Shown here piece by piece: positions 10,378-19,900 of a stretch of DNA of 64,000 nt. Within the stretch, counting starts at the first letter, position 1. Each line of letters opens with the position of its first letter. The position numbers were made by a program, and so were the translations under genes. Location: positions 5,055,739 through 5,119,738 of the forward strand of contig OX638377.1 in NCBI GenBank assembly GCA_951813615.1, in the 5' to 3' direction. Below the pieces are notes generated by a model, which was not told the origin of the DNA, ran no database searches, and was given only the letters and a program-made list of their open reading frames with translations. This DNA comes from an uncultured Latescibacterota bacterium (GTDB lineage: Bacteria > Latescibacterota > UBA2968 > UBA8231).

Positions 10378-11688
10378 CTAGAACATCTCCGCGATGCGGC
10401 GGAAGACCATCTGATTGAGGTCGTTGAACGTGACAAACACCATGATTAACAGCATCATGGCCAAGCCGATCTGCTGAAAGACCTCGCGCTGGCGCAGCGA
10501 GAGCGGTCGGCGCATGATGGCCTCTAGCGTGAGGAAGGTCAGGTGGCCGCCGTCGAGCACGGGGATGGGCAGGAGGTTAATAATCGCCAAGTTGACGCTG
10601 AGTATGGCGAGAAAGCGGACGAAGGAGTCCAAGCCCTGCTCAGCGGTCTGTCCGGCTAGCTGGGCAATGCGCAGCGGGCCGCCCAATTCGTCGGTCGAGC
10701 GGTCGCCTTGGAAAAGCTCGCCCAAAAAGTCGAGGATCAGCCAAGAGGCATTGTACACGCCCAGCCCCCCCAGCACCACGGCTCGGCCCAGCCCAACGGT
10801 ATGGCGCGAGTCCTGCGGGCCGATGCCAATGCGCCCCACGAACGCGTCCCCCTCGGGGTGGGCCGCCGGGGTGATTAGCTGCTCCATGCGCTGGCTGTCG
10901 CGTTCCCAAACCAACGGAATCGTCGCGCCCGGATAGCGGCGGATTTCCTCGCTCATCTCGGCCCAGCTCACAACCGGCGCTTGGCCGACGGCGCGGATGA
11001 TGTCGCCCACTTGCAAGCCGAGGCTGTCGGCGGGCGTCCCGGGTTCAACGTGTCCCACGGTCGTGGGGCGCATGAGTTGCACGCCGTAGCCCTCGTCTCC
11101 CGCGGGCGGCAGGTCGAAGGCGAAGAGGATGCCATCGCGTTCGACTTCGAGTCTAGCACCGCTGCTGGCGATCTCGTCCAAGGCGCTGGCCAGTTCGTAG
11201 GCATTGTCGACGGACGTGCCTCCTACGGTGCGCACGCGATCGCCGCGCACCAGACCGACCTCGGCGGCGAGGGAATTCTCTTGGGGAGCGACGCGAGTGC
11301 TATCGAAGGAGTCGATCCCGTAAACGCTGAAGAGAAAAATCATCGCTGCGAAGGCGAAGAAGAAGTTCATCGCTGGGCCAGCGGCGATGACCGCCATGCG
11401 GATCCCCACCGACCTAGAGGGAAATTCCCAGTGCGCGCCGGTGGTTTCCTCAGTCCCCACATCGGCCATGCCAGCTACCTTGACGTAACCGCCAAAGGGA
11501 ATCCAAGAGATGCAGTACTCGGTTTCGCCGCGGGTAAAGCCGATCATTTTGGGCGGGTAGCCCAACGAGAAGCGCTCGACGCGGATGCCCGCCCATTTGG
11601 CGACCAGAAAGTGGCCCAGCTCGTGGACGAAGACCAAGACGCCTAAGGCGACGAGAAACGAGGCAATAGTAGTGAGGGTATCGAGCAT
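10378..11688 (-). CDS. rseP: RIP (site-2) zinc metalloprotease, M50 family
   Basis: It has HELGHF (HExxH) in the first TM helix, PDZ-like middle regions and a C-terminal NLLPIPVLDGG motif. Its position after uppS-cdsA is the classical gene order. Confidence 0.92.
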   Translation of the reverse strand: MLDTLTTIASFLVALGVLVFVHELGHFLVAKWAGIRVERFSLGYPPKMIGFTRGETEYCISWIPFGGYVKVAGMADVGTEETTGAHWEFPSRSVGIRMAVIAAGPAMNFFFAFAAMIFLFSVYGIDSFDSTRVAPQENSLAAEVGLVRGDRVRTVGGTSVDNAYELASALDEIASSGARLEVERDGILFAFDLPPAGDEGYGVQLMRPTTVGHVEPGTPADSLGLQVGDIIRAVGQAPVVSWAEMSEEIRRYPGATIPLVWERDSQRMEQLITPAAHPEGDAFVGRIGIGPQDSRHTVGLGRAVVLGGLGVYNASWLILDFLGELFQGDRSTDELGGPLRIAQLAGQTAEQGLDSFVRFLAILSVNLAIINLLPIPVLDGGHLTFLTLEAIMRRPLSLRQREVFQQIGLAMMLLIMVFVTFNDLNQMVFRRIAEMF

Positions 11689-11701
11689 ACTCTAATCCAT
11701 C

Positions 11702-12538
11702 TCAGGAAAAAACGGCCAACACATCCACGTAGAGATACGCCAGCGGGAAGGCTAAAAAATAGGAGTCAAAGCGATCGAGCAGACCGCCGTGGCCTGGAAT
11801 TAGCATCGGCGCGTCCTTGATGCCCATGTCGCGCTTAAAGGCCGATTCCACCAAATCGCCCACCTGCGCACCAATGCCCACGACGAGCAAAAGCCCCAGC
11901 AGCGACGCCGTAGAAAAGGAGGGCAGCAAAAAGCCCAAGGGCAGGGGCAGGGCGCTGCCGATTATGCCGCCGATGCATCCGATCCGCGTCTTATTGGGGC
12001 TAATCGCCGGGGCCAGCTTGACCCGGCCCCAAAACCGACCGCTGAAGTACGCGCCGGAATCCGTGAGCCAGATGCAGAGAAAGAGCACGGCCACCAAGTG
12101 GTGAGCCTCCTCGCCCCGACCAGCCGCCTGAAAAAGCAAAAGCGGCGCACTGCCCAAGACGCCGAAGAAGAACACGCCGCCCAACGTCAGAAAGGCATTG
12201 GCCGCATAGCGCTCTGTGCCTTGAAACAAGGCCCACACCACAACGAGCAAGATGGCCGCCATCAGCAACGCGGCGAGGTCATCGCCTGTGCCCTGACGCC
12301 AGAAGTAGCTGCACAGACCCAAGACCAACAAGCTGCCCGGCAGGCGAATGGGCCGGTAACCTGCCTCCTCTAAGATGTGGTGATATTCCCACGAGCAGCG
12401 CACGGCCACGGCCAACACCAAGAGGAAGAGTCCCCAGCTAGCCCCTTCGACCAGCAATAGGATCACTGGGACGAAGACGACAGCCGCGAGGACGCGCTGC
12501 CGCAGGCCGGAGGATTCTGCCGCGGTGTCAGCCGCCAA
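11702..12538 (-). CDS. cdsA: phosphatidate cytidylyltransferase
   Basis: It is a polytopic membrane protein with the C-terminal CTP-transferase signature SAFKRDMGIKDAPMLIPGHGGLLDRFDS. The start is uncertain. The ATG at 12613 would overlap uppS by 86 nt. A TTG at 12538 overlaps the uppS stop by 11 nt and gives 278 aa. Confidence 0.85.
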   Translation of the reverse strand: MAADTAAESSGLRQRVLAAVVFVPVILLLVEGASWGLFLLVLAVAVRCSWEYHHILEEAGYRPIRLPGSLLVLGLCSYFWRQGTGDDLAALLMAAILLVVVWALFQGTERYAANAFLTLGGVFFFGVLGSAPLLLFQAAGRGEEAHHLVAVLFLCIWLTDSGAYFSGRFWGRVKLAPAISPNKTRIGCIGGIIGSALPLPLGFLLPSFSTASLLGLLLVVGIGAQVGDLVESAFKRDMGIKDAPMLIPGHGGLLDRFDSYFLAFPLAYLYVDVLAVFS

Positions 12539-13334
12539 AGCGTCTCTGCCGTTGTTGATAGGCGGCAATGGCTTCGTACAGGTGCTGGCGGCGAAAATCC
12601 GGCCAATGCACATCGCCGATAAAGCAAATCTCCGTATAGACCATTTGCCAAGGTAGGAAGTTGCTCAGCCGCATTTCGCCGCTGGTGCGGATCAACAAAT
12701 CCGGGTCGGGTAAGTCGGCGGTATAGAGAGCGCCGCTGATTTCTTCCTCGTCGATGTCCTCTGGGTCCAGCCGACCCGCCGCCACTTCGACGGCCAGCTT
12801 GCGGAAGGCATCGACTAGCTCGCTGCGGCCCCCGTAGTTGAGCGCTAAATTGAGCTTGAGGCCGGTGTTGTTTTGGGTCTGAGCGAGGGCGTGCTCTAGG
12901 GCCAATTGGATGGTTGGCGACAATGCGTCGGTGCGGCCGATGGAGTTGAGCGATACGTTGTTTTCGTGCAGTTCCGACACTTCGTCGCGCAGCGACTCGT
13001 GCAGCCACTGCATCAGCTCTGCTACTTCCGCTTCGGGCCGGGACCAGTTCTCCGTTGAGAAGGTGTACAGAGTCAGCGCCTCGATCTGCAGTTGGCCGCA
13101 GGCGCGGACAATGTCGCGCACAGACTCGCGGCCAAAGCGATGGCCCTCGGTCTTGGGCAGATTGCGCTCGACGGCCCAGCGCCTGTCGCCGTCCATGATA
13201 ATGGCGATGTGTTGCGGCAGGTTTCCCCCGTCCTTGAGGCGCTGTTGGATGCGGAAGTCCTCTTCGGGGTGGAGGGGTTTTACCGGGTGGTATTCGCGGG
13301 GAGAAATTTCCAACGGCAGAGCCTGAGCACTCAT
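12528..13334 (-). CDS. uppS: isoprenyl transferase (undecaprenyl-diphosphate synthase)
   Basis: The motifs HIAIIMDGDRRWA, TLYTFSTENWSRP and IRTSGEMRLSNFLPWQ are present. Confidence 0.95.
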   Translation of the reverse strand: MSAQALPLEISPREYHPVKPLHPEEDFRIQQRLKDGGNLPQHIAIIMDGDRRWAVERNLPKTEGHRFGRESVRDIVRACGQLQIEALTLYTFSTENWSRPEAEVAELMQWLHESLRDEVSELHENNVSLNSIGRTDALSPTIQLALEHALAQTQNNTGLKLNLALNYGGRSELVDAFRKLAVEVAAGRLDPEDIDEEEISGALYTADLPDPDLLIRTSGEMRLSNFLPWQMVYTEICFIGDVHWPDFRRQHLYEAIAAYQQRQRRFGG

Positions 13335-13494
13335 AACGTAACGGTATAATTCGGTGGGTTTATGTGGCGGCCATCCACGGCCACTGTCGATAGATTTGGG
13401 CGCGTTTCGCCTTGAGAAAACAAGGCCGCACGTATCTTGGTCAATCTAGGGGAAAGGCTCATATTCGTCAAGCAATCCTAGGTGCCACACGCGC

Positions 13495-13523
13495 TTGACG
13501 CCCTTTATAGGTGCCAGTATTAT
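13495..13523 (+). promoter_or_regulatory. candidate sigma-70-type promoter (TTGACG-N17-TATTAT) for the MTHFS operon
   Basis: The -35 TTGACG is at 13495-13500, followed by a 17-nt spacer and the -10 TATTAT at 13518-13523. The predicted TSS at about 13530 would make the ATG at 13531 leaderless. Confidence 0.3.
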
Positions 13524-14127
13524 GGTACTTATGAAGAAGGAGGCGACGCGCGTCTGCAAAGAACGGCTCAGAAAGCACGTTATAGCTGTGCGCACGGGTT
13601 TGGACCGCAGCCAAGCGGAAGTCAGCGGGCAAGCCATATTAGCACATATCTTGGGCTTGGAGGCGTACCGCCGGGCCAAGCTCGTCCACACCTATGTCTC
13701 TAGCAAGGAAAACGAGGTCGATACACGCGCGTTGATTTGCACTTGCTTAAATCAGGGCAAGCGCGTGGCCGTGCCGGTGGTGATGTCGGGCACAAAGACG
13801 CTAGCCCACGCGCTGATCGACGGCCTAGACCAACTCGTCGTCGGCCCGTGGGGGCTGGCGCAACCCGATCCGGCCGCGGCCACTTGGCTGCCCGCAGAAG
13901 CTCGGATCGATTTGGTCGTAGTACCGGGCCTTGCCTTTGACCGGCGCGGACATCGCATCGGCTGGGGCGGTGGCTACTACGACCGCTTTCTCGCGCAAGT
14001 GCAAGCTGTCAAAATAGGGCTGTGCTACGACGCGCTAGTCCTAGACTGCATTCCCGGCGAGCCGCACGATGTGCCCGTGGACATGGTCGTCGCCGAAACC
14101 GCCATTTACCAAGGAGAATTTGCATGA
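13522..14127 (+). CDS. 5-formyltetrahydrofolate cyclo-ligase
   Basis: The motif VPGLAFDRRGHRIGWGGGYYDRFL is present. The start is ambiguous: TTG at 13495, ATG at 13522 or ATG at 13531. The stop overlaps the next start (ATGA). Confidence 0.88.
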   Translation: MVLMKKEATRVCKERLRKHVIAVRTGLDRSQAEVSGQAILAHILGLEAYRRAKLVHTYVSSKENEVDTRALICTCLNQGKRVAVPVVMSGTKTLAHALIDGLDQLVVGPWGLAQPDPAAATWLPAEARIDLVVVPGLAFDRRGHRIGWGGGYYDRFLAQVQAVKIGLCYDALVLDCIPGEPHDVPVDMVVAETAIYQGEFA

Positions 14128-14438
14128 TCTACGAATTGCGCATCTACCGCTTCCACAAGGGAGCCGACAACAAAAAGAAATTCCGCGCCGGCTTTGCCAA
14201 GGCGCGCCGCTTTATGTCCAAGTACGGCGTGACGTTTGTCGCCGCGTGGGAAAATCCCGACCGCGACGACGAGTTCATCTGGATTCGCTCCTTCCCCAAC
14301 GCCAAGGCCCGCGACAAGGCGATTGAAGCCTATTACGGCAGTCCGGAATGGGCCAAGATCGTCGATCAGATCCGGCCGCTAATCCGCCGGCGGGAAGTGC
14401 GGGTGATGAAAGCATTGCCCTATTCGACCCTGAAATAA
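14124..14438 (+). CDS. NIPSNAP family protein
   Basis: It is about 104 aa and begins MIYELRIYRF, typical of the NIPSNAP dimeric alpha-beta barrel. AAGGAG lies 7 nt upstream of the ATG at 14124. The upstream part of the ORF-track ORF overlaps MTHFS in another frame. Confidence 0.82.
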   Translation: MIYELRIYRFHKGADNKKKFRAGFAKARRFMSKYGVTFVAAWENPDRDDEFIWIRSFPNAKARDKAIEAYYGSPEWAKIVDQIRPLIRRREVRVMKALPYSTLK

Positions 14439-15433
14439 TGTTCCGCATCGGCCCAATAACCGCTGATCCCGGCATCCTGCTAGCGCCCATGGAGGATGTT
14501 TCCGAGCTACCATTCCGCCTGATTTGCAGGGAAATGGGAGCCGACATCGTCTATACTGAATTCGTCAATGCCGAGGGGCTGCTGCGCGAAGACCCCAACG
14601 GGCCGCGCCGCGCTTTTCGCAAACTGCGCTTTGCAGAGGCCGAGCGGCCCTTGGCGATTCAGCTCTACGGCGCGGCTTCGCTGTCTATGGAGAAAGCCGC
14701 CGAGATCGCCAGCGCGCAGCATCCAGACTTCATCGACATCAACTGCGGCTGCTGGGTGAGCAATGTGGCGCTGCGCGGAGCCGGGGCCGGGCTATTGCGC
14801 GACTTGCCGCAGATGAAGGAGGTCGTCGCGCGCGTCATCGGCGCGACGCACCTGCCGGTGACCGTGAAGACGCGCCTCGGCTGGGACCAGCAGAGCATCC
14901 GCATCGTCGAGGTAGCCCAGATGCTCGAAGACCTAGGCGTGCAGGCACTAGCTATTCACTGCCGCACCCGCGCACAAGGCCACAAGGGCGCGGTGGACTA
15001 CGAGTGGATTCCCAAGGTCAAGGCCGCGGTCTCTATACCGATCATTCTCAACGGCGACGTGACCTCGCCGCAGATGGTCAAAGATGCCTTTGACAGCACG
15101 GGGTGCGACGGAGTGATGATCGGTCGCGGTGCCATCCGCCACCCGTGGATTTTCCGCGAATCCCAGCACTACCTAAAGACGGGTGAACTCTTGCCCGAAC
15201 CAAGCGGGCAGGAGCGCGCCGAACTGTGCCTCAAGCACCTGCGACTGGCCGTTGAGCACGACGGCCCGCAAGGGGCGCTGATCGGCGTGCGACGCCACTA
15301 CGCCGGGTACTTTCGCGGTCTGCGTGGCGCGGCACAGCTCAGAGCCGAACTGGCCAGCTACAAGGAGCTAGCTCCCTTGTTGGATCGCCTCGCGGAACTG
15401 CACGACACCGATCCAGAGCGCCTCGCCGCCTGA
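14438..15433 (+). CDS. dus: tRNA-dihydrouridine synthase
   Basis: The motifs LAPMEDVSELPFRL, INCGCW and HCRTR place it in the Dus family. The ATG at 14438 overlaps the NIPSNAP stop (TAATG). Confidence 0.92.
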   Translation: MFRIGPITADPGILLAPMEDVSELPFRLICREMGADIVYTEFVNAEGLLREDPNGPRRAFRKLRFAEAERPLAIQLYGAASLSMEKAAEIASAQHPDFIDINCGCWVSNVALRGAGAGLLRDLPQMKEVVARVIGATHLPVTVKTRLGWDQQSIRIVEVAQMLEDLGVQALAIHCRTRAQGHKGAVDYEWIPKVKAAVSIPIILNGDVTSPQMVKDAFDSTGCDGVMIGRGAIRHPWIFRESQHYLKTGELLPEPSGQERAELCLKHLRLAVEHDGPQGALIGVRRHYAGYFRGLRGAAQLRAELASYKELAPLLDRLAELHDTDPERLAA

Positions 15434-15595
15434 TTCCCACCTCTCTGCAATTTCCGTCCCCGTCCCGTTTAACCGTGTACGATTCATAAATTTTTTCTAT
15501 TAATTACATAGTAATAATCAATTTGCCCAATGAATAGAACGCTCTACTTTATTCTGCGGCGAATGACATAACTCTTCCATACAAAGGAGACTCCT

Positions 15596-16909
15596 GTGAA
15601 CCAACCTGAATCCATCGCTCCGGCCACGGGCAAACTCGGCGTCCTCATTCCCGGCATGGGCGCTGTGGCCACCACGGTTATCGCCGGCGTCGAAGCCATC
15701 AAAGCCGGCATTGGGCAGCCCATCGGCTCGCTGACCCAGATGGGCACCATCCGCTTGGGCAAGCGCACCGAAGGACGCTCGCCGCTCATCAAGGACTTCG
15801 TGCCTTTGGCCGACATCGACAGTTTGGTCTTCGGCGGCTGGGACGTCTTTCCAGAAGATGCCTATGACTCGGCTATCCACGCCGGCGTCTTGGACCAAAG
15901 ACTGCTCGACCAGATCGCGGATCCGCTCAAGGCCGTCAAGCCGATGCCCGCGGTTTTTGACCGCAACTACGTGCGCCGCCTCGAAGGCTCCAACGTCAAA
16001 AGCGCCAAGAGCAAGTGGGATGCCGTGCTGGAAGTGCGCGAAGACATCCAGCGCTTCAAGGCCGACAACGGCGTCGAACGGCTAGTGATGATCTGGTGCG
16101 GCAGCACCGAGATTTTCATGGAGCACCACGAAGTACACGACACCATCGAGGGACTCGAAAAAGCCATCCAGGAAAACCACCCGGCCATTCCCCCGAGCAT
16201 GATCTACGCGTACGCCGCGCTACAGGAAGGCGTGCCCTTTCTAAACGGCGCGCCGAATTTGACCGTGGATGTCCCGGCCATGGTCGAACTGGCGAAGCAA
16301 AAGGGCGTGCCCATCGGCGGCAAGGACTTCAAGACCGGCCAGACCCTGATGAAGACTCTGCTAGCCCCGGGTCTCAAGGCGCGGATGCTCGGCGTGCAGG
16401 GCTGGTTTTCGACCAACATCTTGGGCAACCGCGACGGCGAGGTGCTCGACGACCCCGATTCGTTCAAGACCAAGGAAGTCAGCAAGCTCGATGTGCTGGA
16501 GTTTATCTTGCAGCCTAGCCTCTATCCCGAGCTCTACGGCGATATTTACCACAAGGTGCGGATCAACTACTATCCGCCGCGCGGCGACGAAAAGGAGGGC
16601 TGGGACAATATCGACATCTTCGGCTGGATGGGCATGCCCATGCAGATCAAGGTCGATTTCCTCTGCCGCGATTCGATTCTCGCCGCACCGCTGGTTTTGG
16701 ACTTGGTGCTGTTTGCCGATTTGGCGCAGCGCGCGCAGATGGGGGGGATCCAAGAGTGGCTGTCGTTTTACTTCAAGAGCCCGATGACCGCGCCCGACCT
16801 CTATCCCGAGCACGACCTCTTCATCCAGCTAATGAAGCTCAAGAACACGCTGCGCTTCTTGCGGGGCGAAGATCTAATTACCCACTTGGGTCAGGAGTAC
16901 TACGACTAG
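15596..16909 (+). CDS. ino1: inositol-3-phosphate synthase
   Basis: 437 aa with bacterial/archaeal MIPS-type sequence (GVLIPGMGAVATTVIAG and a GKDFKTGQT region). AAAGGAG lies upstream of the GTG start. Its stop TAG shares the palindrome CTAG with the stop of the convergent regulator. Confidence 0.92.
   Translation: MNQPESIAPATGKLGVLIPGMGAVATTVIAGVEAIKAGIGQPIGSLTQMGTIRLGKRTEGRSPLIKDFVPLADIDSLVFGGWDVFPEDAYDSAIHAGVLDQRLLDQIADPLKAVKPMPAVFDRNYVRRLEGSNVKSAKSKWDAVLEVREDIQRFKADNGVERLVMIWCGSTEIFMEHHEVHDTIEGLEKAIQENHPAIPPSMIYAYAALQEGVPFLNGAPNLTVDVPAMVELAKQKGVPIGGKDFKTGQTLMKTLLAPGLKARMLGVQGWFSTNILGNRDGEVLDDPDSFKTKEVSKLDVLEFILQPSLYPELYGDIYHKVRINYYPPRGDEKEGWDNIDIFGWMGMPMQIKVDFLCRDSILAAPLVLDLVLFADLAQRAQMGGIQEWLSFYFKSPMTAPDLYPEHDLFIQLMKLKNTLRFLRGEDLITHLGQEYYD
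16880..16909 (+). repeat. att-like 30-mer, copy 1 (functional 3' end of ino1)
   Basis: ACCCACTTGGGTCAGGAGTACTACGACTAG recurs at 60055-60084 and 62679-62708. Confidence 0.85.
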
Positions 16910-19900
16910 ACGCCTTTAATACCCAACTTTCTCATTTTGCCGTACAGCGTCGAAGGCGGCACTCCCAGCAGAGCCGCCGCTCCTTGTGCGCCCTTGATCC
17001 GCCAGTTAGTGGCGTTGAGTACTTCGAGAATATAGCGGCGTTCAAATTCAGGGAGAGGCATTATTTCGCGGCCTTGAGAAACGGATAACGCCCTTGCTTT
17101 AAGGCCAACAGTGGGGTCTGTAATGTCAAAACCGCACTGCATGAGATCGGTCGTGCCGATTTGAGAACCATTGCAGGCTATGACTACCCGCTGCATGAAA
17201 TGCTCCAGTTCCCGCACATTCCCCGGCCAATCGTAGGTTTGCAGCATTTCCATAACCTCGGAACCCAAGGAGGCGGGTTCCTTGTCCAGGTAGGCTGCCA
17301 TGCGATTCTTGAAAAACTCGACTAGGGCCGGGATGTCCTCCTTGTGCTCGCGCAAGGGCGGGATGTACAGCGGAAAAAGCTGCAGGCGCGAATACAGTCC
17401 CTCGCGAAAAACACCAACCTGCACCATCTTCTGCAGGTCGCGACTAGTCGCGGCTACAATGCGCGTCTGCGCAGTTAGCGTCTGCTTGCCGCCAACTCGC
17501 TCAAACGTGCGCGCTTCCAATAAGCGCAGGATCTTGTCCTGCGTTTCCAGCGTCATCTCGCCGATTTCGTCCAAAAACAGGGTGCCGTCTTTGGCTAGTT
17601 CCACCTTGCCTACTTCGCTAGTAGAAGTCTTGTTTTCGCACCCAAAGAGTTCACTGTCGATCAACGCTTGGGATGAGGCCCCGCAGTTGACAGATATAAA
17701 AGGGCCGTTGCCATAGGCACTCAACGCGTGTAACACCCGTGCCACTGACTCCTTACCCACACCCGTTTCGCCTAGAATCAGTACGGTCAGATCGGTGGGT
17801 GCCACCTCCGTGAGTTTGGTTTGAAGCTGGCGCAAGCCCTTGGTCTGTCCAATCCATTGGTTACCCCCACAAAATGCGGCCTCCGGTTTTACCGCAAGCT
17901 GCACCTGCGCCGTCTCCGAGTAATTGAGATCCCGATCTATCGCCCGGACTTGAAAAGTGTAATCGCCCGGCGGCAGGTTTCGATAACAGGCTTGCATCTC
18001 TCGGGTCGCGGGCCCCCAGTCGAGGTCGTAGCCCTGCAAGCGATAGACATAGAGCATGTCGCGGGGATGGGTGGAAAAACTCAGGCCCTTGTACTCGAAA
18101 ACCACCGGCTGTCCCACCGTGGAGGAACAGACTTCCGCTAGGTTCTCATAGACCTGATCGGTGGTAACTCGGATGAGACGAATCAGGGGTGGCGTTTGCT
18201 GCGGCCGGTAGCGTATGATGGAACCCACGACCGTGCCGAACCAGAAGGTGCCGTCGCGATCTTCGAGGATGCGGCAAACGGGTCCTATATGAGGAGACTT
18301 GATCGTCTGGAAAAGCCGACCATCGTACTGAGCCACCCCTCGGTCGGTGCCGATCCAGAGGTGACCGCGCGTATCCTCCAACAAACAGCGGATGCGGTTA
18401 CTCGGCAGCCCGTCTTCGGTCGCGAAGGTGCGGAAGGTGCTGCCATCAAAGCAACTGATACCACCCCGCGTAGCGACCCATAGGTTACCCTGGCGGTCTA
18501 CTAGTAGGTCATTGACATGGTTGTCTATCAGCCCGTCTTCGACTCCATACCATGTAAGTCCGTCTTCAGGATGCCAGCGGGCGAAGCCGGTGCCGCTCGC
18601 TAGGCCATCGCTACTGGTCAAATGGAAATAGATTTCATTGTTGCGCGTGGCAATCACCGTGCCAATGCGGCTGTACGGTGTTTTTTTGCTATCCTCCGTA
18701 AAAATGGTTTGGCACTGCTCGCCTTGTTGGTACACGATCTGTAATGGACTGGCCAGAAGCTTCTTTCGTTCGCGTATGGTGTAGTGTTCCCAACAGCCAA
18801 AAATGAATCGTCCTTGCCGATCTTGCGTGATGCTGCTGATCCCCCCTGCGTCTACATCGACCGCTATGTTCTCCTTTTTGAGCGTCTGCCCGTCATAGCG
18901 GAATAGACCTCTTCCACCGCCGAACCATAGGTGCCCCTCAAGGTCTTCGTAGATGGAAAAACAGTTGCCGATACTAAGACTTTTCCCATCGGATACGAAT
19001 GTAAAGTGCTCGCCATCAAAGCGGGCGACGCTCTTGTTATAAACGGGGAGACGGGGCGATACATACCCGATCCATATATCACCTTGCCGGTCTTGCGCGA
19101 TCTGTGAGACTTCATTCGGGTTCTTAGGATAGTTCGCACGAAAGTCAAAAACGCTGATGCTATGCGCATCGTATAGCCCAACGCCGTTCCAAGTGGCGAA
19201 CCAAAACTGATCCTCGCGATCGTGGAAAACGGCTTTGACGGAGGAATGGGGTAGGCCATCGGCCGCGGTAAATCGGCTGAACCCGTCATCGTCTTGGTAG
19301 AACACGCCATCCAACGTGCAAAACCACATCCGGCCTTCCCGGTCGCACATAATCCAGCGCAGCCAACAATTCAAACCGACCTTAACATCCTCGAAGGTGT
19401 TATTGGCGTAGAAATGGAATCGGCCTTTCCGAATCCAACCGATCCACACCTTGCCGGTAGGGTCCTGGCCCACCGCATAACCGTGCTTGTCTCGGGGAAA
19501 ACCCTCATCCGCTTCGTAGCGGTGGAATGATCTGCCATCGTAGCGGACGAGGTTTTCAAAGCCAAACCACAAGTGGCCTTGTGGGTCTTGGACAATGCCC
19601 CGACAAAAGGAGGAGAGCTCCTTCGCAGAAAAAAGCTCCTGGTACTGCTGAAGGTAGAGCGGAGTCAAGTCGTGGAAAGCCGTGCCGTCGTAATACCCCA
19701 AGGTCTCAGTGCCACCGCACCAGATACGACCCTGACGATCCTCGTAGATGAACTGCACAGCCCGGCCGGCAATGCCGTCGTCTTCCAAGGGATGGAAGTC
19801 GGCTCCGTCGTACCAGCAGACCCCCTTTGATGTACCAAACCACAACCGCTCCTGACGATCCGGCTGAATAAAGGAAACTTGGTCGTCAATAAGACCGTCC

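Noticed and set aside
13335-13494. I considered a 6S RNA (ssrS), because ssrS classically precedes the 5-formyl-THF cyclo-ligase gene.
   Set aside because: The gap is only about 160 nt. It must also hold the divergent uppS promoter. I could not fold it by eye into the long closing stem plus central bubble typical of 6S. Only short hairpins are present (for example GCCTTG-AGAAAA-CAAGGC). A covariance-model search would be needed.
14022-14437. The ORF track gives N-terminal extensions to NIPSNAP (from 14022) and dus (from 14348).
   Set aside because: The extensions are Arg/Pro-rich read-through of the preceding genes in other frames. Internal ATGs with an SD site (14124) or stop-start overlap (14438) give canonical protein N-termini.
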